Below are positions 39,301 through 47,663 of a stretch of 64,000 nt of DNA, piece by piece (position 1 is the stretch's first letter; every line of letters begins with the position of its first letter). The notes under the pieces are model-generated. The model saw only the letters and a program-made list of their open reading frames with translations, was not told the DNA's origin and did not search any database. Position numbers and translations under genes: made by a program. Origin of the DNA: Patescibacteria group bacterium (GTDB lineage Bacteria > Patescibacteriota > Patescibacteriia > Veblenbacterales > UBA10138); contig JAHITT010000001.1 in the NCBI GenBank assembly GCA_018817715.1, positions 34,690-98,689 of the forward strand, given 5' to 3'.

Positions 39301-40470
39301 TTATTTTTTTCCTTGGGGTAAATATTTTTTTAAAACCGCCACCTTATCTAACTTTTCCCAGGTAAACTTACTGCCCGGCTGACCAAAGTGCCCATAAACA
39401 GCTGTTTTTAAAAAAATCGGCTGACGTAATTTTAATTTATCCATAATAACTTGTGGCTCCAAAGGAAAATGTTTTTTAACAATAATGGCTAATCGGTTAT
39501 CGGGTAAAGCTGAAGTGCCAAAACTATTTACCACCACGCTTAAAGGCTTGGCCCGGCCGATTACATAAGATAATTGAACTTCACATTCTTCCGCCAAACC
39601 GGCTGCTACCAAATTTTTGGCCGCGTACCGAGCCGCATAAGCTCCGGTTCGGTCCATCTTAGTGGCATCCTTACCGGAAAAACAACCACCGCCATGTTTG
39701 GCATAACCACCGTAAGTATCAACAATTATTTTTCTTCCGGTTAAACCCGTATCAGCCTGCGGACCACCAGTTACAAACCGACCCGTGGCATTTATATAAA
39801 CTTTAGTATTATTTTTTAAAAAACGTCCGGCCACTGGTTTAATTACTTTAGCTAAAATATCTTTTTTTAAACGTTTTAAACTCACCCGATCATCATGTTG
39901 GGCCGCCACCACCACATTAACCAAACCAACCGGCTGACCATTACGATATTCAACTGTCACAGCTGTTTTACCGTCGGGTCGTAAATAAGGCAGTGTTTTA
40001 TTGTGTCTAACTTTAGCCAATTGTTCAGCCAAACGATGGGCCAACCAAATTGGCAAGGGTAAATATTCTTTAGTTTCTCGATTAGCATAACCAAACATTA
40101 TTCCCTGATCACCAGCTCCTAAAACTTTAAGGTTTTTATTTACCACCCCCCGGGCAATATCGGCGCTTTGTTCGTGCAAAGAAACCAACACTCCAATATC
40201 CTCGGCCGCCGCGCCAAATGATGGATCGGTATAACCAACCTTACGCAAAACTGATCGAACAATTTTTTGTACATCAGCAAAACCTGTAGTGCTAACCTCA
40301 CCAGCCACTAATACCAAACCGGCCGTCACGCAGGTTTCCACCGCCACCCGCGCTAAAGGATCTTGCCTTAACAATTCATCCAAAACTGCGTCAGAAATCT
40401 GGTCACACAGTTTATCCGGATGACCTTCCGTAACCGATTCTGAAGTAAAATATTTTATGTTATCGGCCAT
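39301..40470 (-). CDS. metK: S-adenosylmethionine synthetase
   Basis: FTSESVTEGHPDKLCDQISDA and GGGAFSGKD motifs. Confidence 0.9.
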   Translation of the reverse strand: MADNIKYFTSESVTEGHPDKLCDQISDAVLDELLRQDPLARVAVETCVTAGLVLVAGEVSTTGFADVQKIVRSVLRKVGYTDPSFGAAAEDIGVLVSLHEQSADIARGVVNKNLKVLGAGDQGIMFGYANRETKEYLPLPIWLAHRLAEQLAKVRHNKTLPYLRPDGKTAVTVEYRNGQPVGLVNVVVAAQHDDRVSLKRLKKDILAKVIKPVAGRFLKNNTKVYINATGRFVTGGPQADTGLTGRKIIVDTYGGYAKHGGGCFSGKDATKMDRTGAYAARYAAKNLVAAGLAEECEVQLSYVIGRAKPLSVVVNSFGTSALPDNRLAIIVKKHFPLEPQVIMDKLKLRQPIFLKTAVYGHFGQPGSKFTWEKLDKVAVLKKYLPQGKK

Positions 40471-40472
40471 AT

Positions 40473-41486
40473 TTAATTACTGCTTAAACGCAAAGTATTT
40501 TTATGAACTTTAAAATAATCAATCGTTTGCTTTAAACCTGTATCCAAAGGCTGCAGTGGAAACCAACCTAAATATTCCTTAGCTTTAGTTATACTGGGAA
40601 TGCCCTGCTTGCCCCAATAAGGCAAAGGCTCGGCTACCATAATCTCGCTTTTGCTTTCCGCTAAAGTTACTATCTTCTCCGCCACTTCAATAAAAGTATT
40701 TAAATCAATTGATCCCAAATTAAATATGCCATCACCTTCAAACTCCATTAATTTAACTAAACCTTCCACCATGTCACTAACATAACAAAAAGTGGAAGTG
40801 GCTTCTTTGTGACCATAAATAGTTAAAGATTCATCCCTCAAAGCATGAACAATAAAATCCGGTATCATACGTCCATCGTTCACTTTCATTCTGGGGCCGT
40901 AAGTATTAAAAATTCGGGCGATTTTTATACTTAAATCGTGTTGGCGACCATAATTAACTGCTAAACTTTCAGCAAAACGTTTGCCTTCGTTATAGCAACT
41001 TCTGGGGCCAACCGGATCAATAAATCCCCAATAAGTTTCTTCCAAAGGCTTACCCTCTTCCGGATCGCCGTAAATGGCCGAAGAAGAAGCTAACAAATAC
41101 TTGGCTTTATATTTTACGGCTAACTCTAAAGTATTCTTGGTGCCGTCGGCATTGCTTAATAAAGTTTCTATAGGCAATTTATTATATTCCTTAGGGCTAG
41201 TCGGACAAGCTAAATTATAAATCTCCTGCAAACCCTGCAGTTTAATTTTAAAAACTTCCAGTTCGGGAAATTTTTCCAAATCCAACGGCTGACTAATATC
41301 GTGACGAATAAATTCAAAATGCGGACTTTGTAATAATAAATCAATATTTTCTTCTTGACCGGTAATAAAATTATCAACACAAATTACGTTAGCGTTTTTA
41401 ATGAGTTCGTCGCATAAATGCGAACCAATAAACCCGGCACCACCGGCTACCAAAATATTCTTACGTTCTAATAATTGTTTATACAT
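40473..41486 (-). CDS. UDP-glucuronate decarboxylase-like NAD-dependent epimerase/dehydratase
   Basis: ILVAGGAGFIGSHLCDEL. Start preferred at MYKQLL (41486) rather than the track's upstream 41564. Confidence 0.65.
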   Translation of the reverse strand: MYKQLLERKNILVAGGAGFIGSHLCDELIKNANVICVDNFITGQEENIDLLLQSPHFEFIRHDISQPLDLEKFPELEVFKIKLQGLQEIYNLACPTSPKEYNKLPIETLLSNADGTKNTLELAVKYKAKYLLASSSAIYGDPEEGKPLEETYWGFIDPVGPRSCYNEGKRFAESLAVNYGRQHDLSIKIARIFNTYGPRMKVNDGRMIPDFIVHALRDESLTIYGHKEATSTFCYVSDMVEGLVKLMEFEGDGIFNLGSIDLNTFIEVAEKIVTLAESKSEIMVAEPLPYWGKQGIPSITKAKEYLGWFPLQPLDTGLKQTIDYFKVHKNTLRLSSN

Positions 41487-41559
41487 ATAAAGAAAAATTA
41501 TAAGTAATTCCTTAGTTAATTTTAGCCTAAAACCAAAGCATTTACAAACCAAGCTACTA

Positions 41560-41695
41560 AACAAATCCCAAATTTTAAATCTTAATTTCTAAACAATACC
41601 CAAATCATAATAACTTGTTTTATTAGGAATTATTTAGGATTTAAGTTTTAGGATTTAAGTTTTAGGATTTTTGATTTTTAATTTTTGATTCTTTA
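41560..41695. repeat. AT-rich repeat element with tandem AGGATTTAAGTTTT x2.5 and TTGATTTTTA x2
   Basis: Tandem units at 41636-41663. Shares AAATCC/AGGATTT core with copies at 28.3, 54.2, 54.7 and 55.85 kb. Confidence 0.4.
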
Positions 41696-42111
41696 AATAC
41701 CCAACTTTTGGCCGCTGTAAAATAAAATAATGTACCCACAGCCAACAAAACAGCTTTGGCCAACAAATCCCACCAACCAACTTTAGCCACCAGCCACCAT
41801 AAACCTATTTCTATAAAAACTAAATAAATCAAAGATAAAGATAAAAACCGACCATAACCTTTAAAATTAAAAAAATTACCGCCCGTCGAAAAAGTCCAAT
41901 ATCTATTCCAAATAAAACTATTCAAATTAGCCACCAAAAAAGCTACGGCGTTCATTAACAAATACTGTTGCTGCCCAAAAGATAAGGTACGAGTTAATAA
42001 CCAATAAAGACCAAAATCCACCAGAGCATTACTTAAACCTACTAAACCAAACTTAATTAACTGGTTAAATAAACCTAACCATTGGCTCTTAATCTTAAAT
42101 AACCTGAACAT
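41662..42111 (-). CDS. GtrA-family membrane protein (flippase-associated)
   Basis: FGLVGLSNALVDFGLYWLL GtrA signature, 4 TM, 149 aa. Confidence 0.6.
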   Translation of the reverse strand: MFRLFKIKSQWLGLFNQLIKFGLVGLSNALVDFGLYWLLTRTLSFGQQQYLLMNAVAFLVANLNSFIWNRYWTFSTGGNFFNFKGYGRFLSLSLIYLVFIEIGLWWLVAKVGWWDLLAKAVLLAVGTLFYFTAAKSWVFKESKIKNQKS

Positions 42112-42119
42112 AAATATTT

Positions 42120-44360
42120 TTAAGGTAAAACCGTAACGGACAAACCACCACGAAAATTAAGAGGCTCCACAAAAAATTGACTCTTTAATTCGTTTTTAGA
42201 ATTAAACATTCTAACGTGCGGACCACCACCTTCGCCCGGCGTAGTAACTATTTCGTTTTGACCATCACCATCTACATCGCCAATGCTAATATTAACACCA
42301 CCGCGAAAATTCTTTTCAAAAGCCATAAACTGCCTTAACAATTTCCCTTGGCCGCTAAATACTCTAACTTGCGGACCGCCCCCTTGACCGGGTGCTACAA
42401 TAATATCTTCTTTACCATCGCCATCACTGTCACCAACTGCTAAATTAATACCTCCTTTAAAAACCCAGGGATAAGGGTAAAATTCTTCCAATAAATTACC
42501 AAACTTATTAAACACGCGAACTGGCAAACGGCTATTACCTTGCGGGGCCACCACTATTTCCGGCTGGCCATCTTTATTAACATCGCCGGCCGCCACATTA
42601 ATGCCACCAATATAAGAAGGGTCGTAAGGAACAAATTGATACAATAAAACTCCCTGACCATCAAATATTCGAACTATGTTGCTACCACCCTTACCAACTC
42701 CTAAAACTAAATCCGTTTTACCATCACTGTTAAAATCCGCGGCCGCTATACTAAGCCCCCCACGCCAACCTTCGGCAAAAGCCATAAATTGATATTCCAC
42801 ACCACCTTTTAAATTAAACAACTTAACATGTGGTCCGCCGGCCGCTCTGGGTACGGTGGCAATATCGCTTTGACCGTCGCCGTCAAAATCACCGCTAGCT
42901 ATATTAACGCCTTGGGTAAACCTGGGGTGATAGGCAATAAATTTTTCCAACCGTTCACCCGAAACATCCAACAAACTAATTTCTGCCTGGCCTTTATTAC
43001 CCGGTGCCACAACAATTGGACTTTTAACAGCAAAAGCATTACTGCCCGCCAAACGCCAAGCAGCCGCTAAATTAAGTCGCCGTCCCACCTGGCCTTTAAG
43101 CCCGGGGTTGGCAAAGTCTATTTCTTCACCCGAAGCTATTAAAATATCCCGCAATTGCGAGGGTGACAATCTAGGATAAGCGGCTTTTAAAACCGCCAAA
43201 GCGCCCGACACCAAAGGAGCCGCCACTGAAGTACCACTCCAATAACCACCATAAGCTTCTTTAAAGCCTGGTTGCTCTTCGCTTAAAAATAAAGTACCAA
43301 AAATATCCGTGGCTGGCGCGGCAATATCTATGCAGCGACTGCCATAATTAGAAAATAGTGCCCGCGAATCATTTAATTCTAAACCAGCCACGCCAATTAC
43401 CTGGTTTTCTCCGTTATAACCATCGTCACACACGGGATACTGTGGCTGTTTATCCATATTAACACCAATTTGCTGTTCATTACCGGCAGCGGCCACCACC
43501 AAAATACCAGCCAAATAAGCCCGATGGATAGCATCTTGTAATATGGGATCAGAAACACTACCAACAAAACTTAAATTAATAATATCTGCTCGGTTGTCTA
43601 TGGCGTACTGTATACCGCGGGCGACCGTAACTGTGTTGCCAATACCAGCTGAATCCAATACTCGCACTGGCATTATTTTGGCATTCCAACTAACACCGGT
43701 AATACCTAAATTATTATTACCCACCGCCGTAGCTACGCCGGCCACAATCGTACCGTGATGCATAGCTACCTTGTTCCACACCTTGCCAAACTTAGGTTTG
43801 GGATCAGCTAAATTATCCACAAAATCCCAACCATATTGATCATCCACAAAACCATTACGATCATTATCTATATTATCACCCGGCACTTCCCAAGGATTAA
43901 ACCAAATATTAGGTGCTAAATCCGGATTATCTATATCTACTCCACTGTCTAAAACAGCGATTACCGGACGCAAAGGTAAATTCCGGGTACTTTCCCAAGC
44001 CTGAGGCGCTTTTATTTTATTTAAATATTCCTGCTGTTTGGGATAATGCGTGTCATTGGGTGTTAAAACAGTCCGATACTCAACTATGGCACTAACCTTC
44101 TTTATATCAGGTTGATTTAATAAATATTCTTTAGTTTCTTGGACTCCTAAACCAATCTGGCAAGCCACTTCTTGTACTTGATTATCAGTAGTCAAAACAG
44201 CTAAACGACAATTAGAAAAATTATTTATTGCCTCGGCTTGTTTAATAACATAAGCTAAAGTCGGCCCGGCTGGCAAAAACACCATAGCCAAGATTAAAAA
44301 CCCGAGTGCTAGGACCCGGGAATATAGCAACTGATTTTTATAAGATAATACCGGTTTCAT
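42120..44360 (-). CDS. Secreted subtilisin-like S8 peptidase with C-terminal FG-GAP/VCBS repeats
   Basis: Signal peptide. Catalytic D (VLDSGVD), H (HHGTIVAGVA), S (GTSVAAPLVSG). At least six GDxDGDGxxDI repeats. Confidence 0.75.
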   Translation of the reverse strand: MKPVLSYKNQLLYSRVLALGFLILAMVFLPAGPTLAYVIKQAEAINNFSNCRLAVLTTDNQVQEVACQIGLGVQETKEYLLNQPDIKKVSAIVEYRTVLTPNDTHYPKQQEYLNKIKAPQAWESTRNLPLRPVIAVLDSGVDIDNPDLAPNIWFNPWEVPGDNIDNDRNGFVDDQYGWDFVDNLADPKPKFGKVWNKVAMHHGTIVAGVATAVGNNNLGITGVSWNAKIMPVRVLDSAGIGNTVTVARGIQYAIDNRADIINLSFVGSVSDPILQDAIHRAYLAGILVVAAAGNEQQIGVNMDKQPQYPVCDDGYNGENQVIGVAGLELNDSRALFSNYGSRCIDIAAPATDIFGTLFLSEEQPGFKEAYGGYWSGTSVAAPLVSGALAVLKAAYPRLSPSQLRDILIASGEEIDFANPGLKGQVGRRLNLAAAWRLAGSNAFAVKSPIVVAPGNKGQAEISLLDVSGERLEKFIAYHPRFTQGVNIASGDFDGDGQSDIATVPRAAGGPHVKLFNLKGGVEYQFMAFAEGWRGGLSIAAADFNSDGKTDLVLGVGKGGSNIVRIFDGQGVLLYQFVPYDPSYIGGINVAAGDVNKDGQPEIVVAPQGNSRLPVRVFNKFGNLLEEFYPYPWVFKGGINLAVGDSDGDGKEDIIVAPGQGGGPQVRVFSGQGKLLRQFMAFEKNFRGGVNISIGDVDGDGQNEIVTTPGEGGGPHVRMFNSKNELKSQFFVEPLNFRGGLSVTVLP

Positions 44361-44424
44361 TAAAGTTTACTATAACATAATTGCCTTGTCTTGTAAAACA
44401 AAAATCTTTTTTGTTTTATATCAT

Positions 44425-44640
44425 TTATCCTGTCATTGCGAACTCTTTTTCCATTGTCATTGTGAACCACTCCCTCATGTCATTGCGAGGAGGTCGTAAG
44501 ACCAACGTGGCAATCTAGACTGCCGCGCTCATCCGCCAGCCGGCGGACATCGGCTCGCAGTGACAAACAACCCCATGTCATTCTGACCCCGCCGTCCGCC
44601 TTGGCCAGTTGGCAACTGGCGGAGCGGGAAAAAATCTTAT
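44425..44640. promoter_or_regulatory. GC-rich structured/regulatory block with three direct TGTCATTG(C/T)GA repeats at about 23-bp spacing and a fourth diverged copy
   Basis: Repeats at 44431-44443, 44455-44467, 44478-44490 and 44576-44588. Perfect 17-nt palindrome GCCAGTTGGCAACTGGC at about 44607-44623. Lies between divergent genes. Confidence 0.35.
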
Positions 44641-44874
44641 TCTAATAATCATCCCTAAATACCTTGACATTAAAGCGTTTTTAAGCTAATATTAACCATC
44701 AAAATGTAGCCACCGCTAATATAAATATAATATTTTGGCGAAATCCGCCGAAGTTTATATTACATTTTGTAAACAGTCAGTAACAAAAATAAATTAATTA
44801 ACTTATTAAATATAATCAAGATATTAACGAAGGCGGAATAAAAACAAAATCCAAAAAACAAAAAGGAGCTACCA

Positions 44875-45330
44875 ATGCATGACAGATACTATGTTAAAAG
44901 TTTGATCCAAAAATTTTTGGATCGAAAAAAACAAAATCCCCAAGCTGACGTAACAGATATTTTACAAGAAATGATTTACGAATACGCCTGGGAGCAACTA
45001 GAAATATCCACCATTCGGGCTACTAGTAAAAGTAAACACTGGATTATTCAAGGGCAAATAAAAGACCAGTTTGCCCGCGGCACTAATGGTAAAACAGTCA
45101 TTAATATTAAATTTGACTGGCTAAGGCAAAAAACTGAAAACGGTAGCAAGCCTATTAAGTTAAAAACTTTTCAATTAAAAGAATTGTATAAGTTTTCTTT
45201 AATTACTTACCCCGACCAGCCCAATCGCTTTAGTTTAGAAAAGCCAGCTTATCGCAACAAAAAAAATTCTAAAAATGGACTGTTTATCACTTTTATTCCC
45301 ACTGGTGACGAACAATTCATAAAAAATTAA
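44875..45330 (+). CDS. Hypothetical Lys-rich protein (151 aa)
   Basis: Strong SD AAAGGAG 7 nt upstream. No recognisable domain. Confidence 0.4.
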   Translation: MHDRYYVKSLIQKFLDRKKQNPQADVTDILQEMIYEYAWEQLEISTIRATSKSKHWIIQGQIKDQFARGTNGKTVINIKFDWLRQKTENGSKPIKLKTFQLKELYKFSLITYPDQPNRFSLEKPAYRNKKNSKNGLFITFIPTGDEQFIKN

Positions 45331-45516
45331 ACTATTCACTAAATACATTTGATTACTAATAATACCTGCGGGGGAAAATAATTTTCTTTAAGGCGCGCTT
45401 TTTATTAAGCCGTCTTATTTTTTTACAACAATTAACCCCCACCCCCCTATTTTCACAGGAAAACAGGAAATTTTATTATCGCTATTACAATCTTAAGAAT
45501 GTAATTAATAAAACCA

Positions 45517-45556
45517 GGCAGATACTTCCATACTTGCGAGTATGGAAGTATCTGCC
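45517..45556. repeat. 40-bp perfect palindrome, copy 1 (GGCAGATACTTCCATACT tgcg AGTATGGAAGTATCTGCC)
   Basis: 18-bp stem, 4-nt loop, immediately 3' of the YerC-like gene. On the minus strand it is followed by a U-rich run, so it is terminator-compatible. Confidence 0.6.
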
Positions 45557-45589
45557 AAATAAATAATCTAATAAAAATTCTTCCATTAA

Positions 45590-46117
45590 TCACCTTACAC
45601 CTTTTAAATATTTTTCAAAGTCTTTGTTTAACTTCCCTTTAAGCTGTAAATTTTTTAAAACAACATATAATTTATCTTTCTGTTTTTTGTTAGCGGTAGC
45701 TATAATTTCTTTAATTAAAAGTTCTGGCCAATGATACATCGGATAAGCACGGCGTAACTTGGTCCAAGGAGAACCATCATCTTTTTTTAATAAATTTATC
45801 TCCTTATTTTTCGTTCTGTTAAAAATCATTCTAAAACCTTCACCAGCCTCTTGTAGCCAAATATTTATTCTAGAAATTGTCTGACTGCCCACTCTCAATT
45901 CACTCATAATCTCCTGATAACTAACACCCCTTAATAATAACTTGGCTATTTTTAAACGCTTAGCCAACATAGTTAGTTCGGAACGAGATAAAAGATCTTG
46001 AAATATCACGGCCATTTCCTTAAAACCATTAACAGTTGCCAAAGATCTAAAAAAATCCAGCAACAATTCTTGTTCGTCTTTTTTGGATAACTTATGATAA
46101 GGCGAAAATTTAGCCAT
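45590..46117 (-). CDS. YerC/YecD (TrpR-family) DNA-binding protein
   Basis: LTMLAKRLKIAKLLLRGVSYQEIMSELRVGSQTISRINIWL matches the Trp_repressor/YerC helix-turn-helix. Start preferred at MAKFSPYH (46117); the track's TTG at 46204 is upstream. Confidence 0.6.
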   Translation of the reverse strand: MAKFSPYHKLSKKDEQELLLDFFRSLATVNGFKEMAVIFQDLLSRSELTMLAKRLKIAKLLLRGVSYQEIMSELRVGSQTISRINIWLQEAGEGFRMIFNRTKNKEINLLKKDDGSPWTKLRRAYPMYHWPELLIKEIIATANKKQKDKLYVVLKNLQLKGKLNKDFEKYLKGVR

Positions 46118-46147
46118 ATTTTTAAATAAAAATAAATAAACATACCC

Positions 46148-46191
46148 GTCATTTTCTTCCACCCTGCGTCCGTTGGGTGGAAGAAAATGAC
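46148..46191 (-). promoter_or_regulatory. Perfect 17-bp-stem hairpin plus U-rich tract in the leader of the YerC-like gene (attenuator-like)
   Basis: GTCATTTTCTTCCACCC-10nt-GGGTGGAAGAAAATGAC, then on the minus strand GGGUAUGUUUAUUUAUUUUUAUUU before the ATG at 46117. Confidence 0.45.
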
Positions 46192-46337
46192 AAAAAATAC
46201 CCAAAAAATAATGGGTAAATAACAGGCTTAAATATCACATAATTAGTCCCTCCAACTAATTAATATTAGATAATTAAACTTTACTACTTTTAACTAAGCT
46301 AGTAAACAAAGCTAATGAATGACCTGCTTGTCTTATC

Positions 46338-46377
46338 GGCAAATACTTCCATACTTGCGAGTATGGAAGTATTTGCC
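46338..46377. repeat. 40-bp perfect palindrome, copy 2 (GGCAAATACTTCCATACT tgcg AGTATGGAAGTATTTGCC)
   Basis: Differs from copy 1 at one position (G to A) and at the symmetric partner (C to T). This is a compensatory pair that keeps the palindrome perfect. Confidence 0.6.
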
Positions 46378-46417
46378 AAAGGGAATAGATAAAAAATAAA
46401 TTAATAACCAAACCAAA

Positions 46418-46449
46418 AGAGACTCGCTGACTGCGAGTCTCTTTTTTTT
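46418..46449. terminator. Bidirectional intrinsic terminator (AGAGACTCGC tgact GCGAGTCTCT + T7)
   Basis: 10-bp GC-rich stem flanked by an A-run and T-run, just downstream of the minus-strand secreted-protein gene. Confidence 0.6.
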
Positions 46450-46466
46450 AACTGTTTTAACAGTAA

Positions 46467-47618
46467 TTATCGGGTAGCTCCCGAATAAGCAATGGCGCGT
46501 ACGGCATCCCAATCACTGGCTGTGCTGGGCGCTTTGCCAAAAATAGCTTTAAAGGAATTAATAGCGACTTTTTCAGAATTCATATTCCTATTAGCGCTTC
46601 TAAGTCCGTAAGCCATAACAGTAATGGCCGCGTCGTCGTGGGCGTTAGTGCGCACGGCGTCTCTTAAGTAAATCTTTTTAAAAGTCGCAGCCACGGCTTT
46701 TTCTTGCGCGGCGTTCAAGGTACCAGGCCAGCGACCGTTGGCGATTTTTATTACATCTTGCCAATCGGTTTCGCTAGTTGGCACTCGGCCAAAAGCGGCT
46801 CTAAAACTATTCACTACGCCAGCCCTTTCCCCTGCCCCCAGGGCAAGAGTAGTAGCTGTACCATAAGTTACGAAGCTGGTAACCTGGGCCCTAGTAGCGG
46901 CTGGCGTGCTCGCCAGTACCACTCTGGCCACAATGGTAGAATCGTATTTTTGTTCTAAACCCAAGTTGCGCTGTAAACCCATTTCCCCAGCCATTTCACT
47001 AGCTGTTTTGCTTATCACATTAACAGCTTCTTGAGCCATAGTTTGCACCTGATTAGCCCGTTCGGTAATAGTTTCTGGTTCAGGTGTAGGAGTTGGAGTC
47101 GGCGTAGGGGTTGGTGTAGGAGTTGGAGTCGGCGTAGGGGTTGGTGTAGGAGTTGGAGTCGGCGTAGGGGTTGGTGTTGGTGCTACATAACTACTTCCAC
47201 CACCACTTCCTGAATTACAACTTCCAGTTAATGGAACTACTGCGTACGTACCACTACCCGAAGGTAACTCTACATAACTTGTCCCAGGTGTTGAATTAGC
47301 ATTACAGGTTACCCGATTACCACTCAAAGTAACTTCTATTGATTGAACAGAAGAATTACTAGAAACTACCTTAAAAGTATCTGTGGCATCAGGATTAGTT
47401 ACAGTAAAAGACCCACTATCAAAAGACCAACTTTCAGCCCTGGAACCACTAAGAATCAACATATCTGCTGTTCCTGAACCCAAAGTAACACTAGCCACTG
47501 TAATATCCCCATTAGCTATAAAATCCGTAGTAGCTGCTTTAACTGGTACAGCTACCAATAAAGCCAACGCCGTTATAACTAGCGCTTTCCAACCAAAACT
47601 TAAAAATTTGTTATACAT
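46467..47618 (-). CDS. Secreted protein with (PT)n linker and C-terminal tandem about 40-aa repeats (SLH-like/cell-wall-binding-like?)
   Basis: Signal peptide. (PT)16 linker. C-terminal repeats FRAAFGRVPTSETDWQDVIKIANG / FKAIFGKAPSTASDWDAVRAIAYSG. Confidence 0.5.
   Translation of the reverse strand: MYNKFLSFGWKALVITALALLVAVPVKAATTDFIANGDITVASVTLGSGTADMLILSGSRAESWSFDSGSFTVTNPDATDTFKVVSSNSSVQSIEVTLSGNRVTCNANSTPGTSYVELPSGSGTYAVVPLTGSCNSGSGGGSSYVAPTPTPTPTPTPTPTPTPTPTPTPTPTPTPTPTPEPETITERANQVQTMAQEAVNVISKTASEMAGEMGLQRNLGLEQKYDSTIVARVVLASTPAATRAQVTSFVTYGTATTLALGAGERAGVVNSFRAAFGRVPTSETDWQDVIKIANGRWPGTLNAAQEKAVAATFKKIYLRDAVRTNAHDDAAITVMAYGLRSANRNMNSEKVAINSFKAIFGKAPSTASDWDAVRAIAYSGATR
47084..47178. 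repeat. 3 x 30-bp perfect tandem DNA repeat encoding the PT linker
   Basis: GGTGTAGGAGTTGGAGTCGGCGTAGGGGTT repeated three times exactly (coding, minus strand). Confidence 0.75.
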
Positions 47619-47663
47619 AGGCGTGGTTTAATTAAATTATAAAAATATTAATTAAGCCAACGC

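Noticed and set aside
46117-46204. Idea that the 46148-46191 hairpin sequesters the SD and start codon of the YerC-like gene (ATG inside the 3' arm)
   Set aside because: The ATG inside the stem (AAAATGAC) is out of frame with the YerC-like ORF, so it cannot be its start. Hairpin kept only as a leader/attenuator-like element.
47084-47178. Possible CRISPR array (regular short repeats)
   Set aside because: Units are contiguous 30-bp perfect tandem repeats without spacers, and they lie inside a coding region (PT linker). No cas genes nearby. Not a CRISPR.
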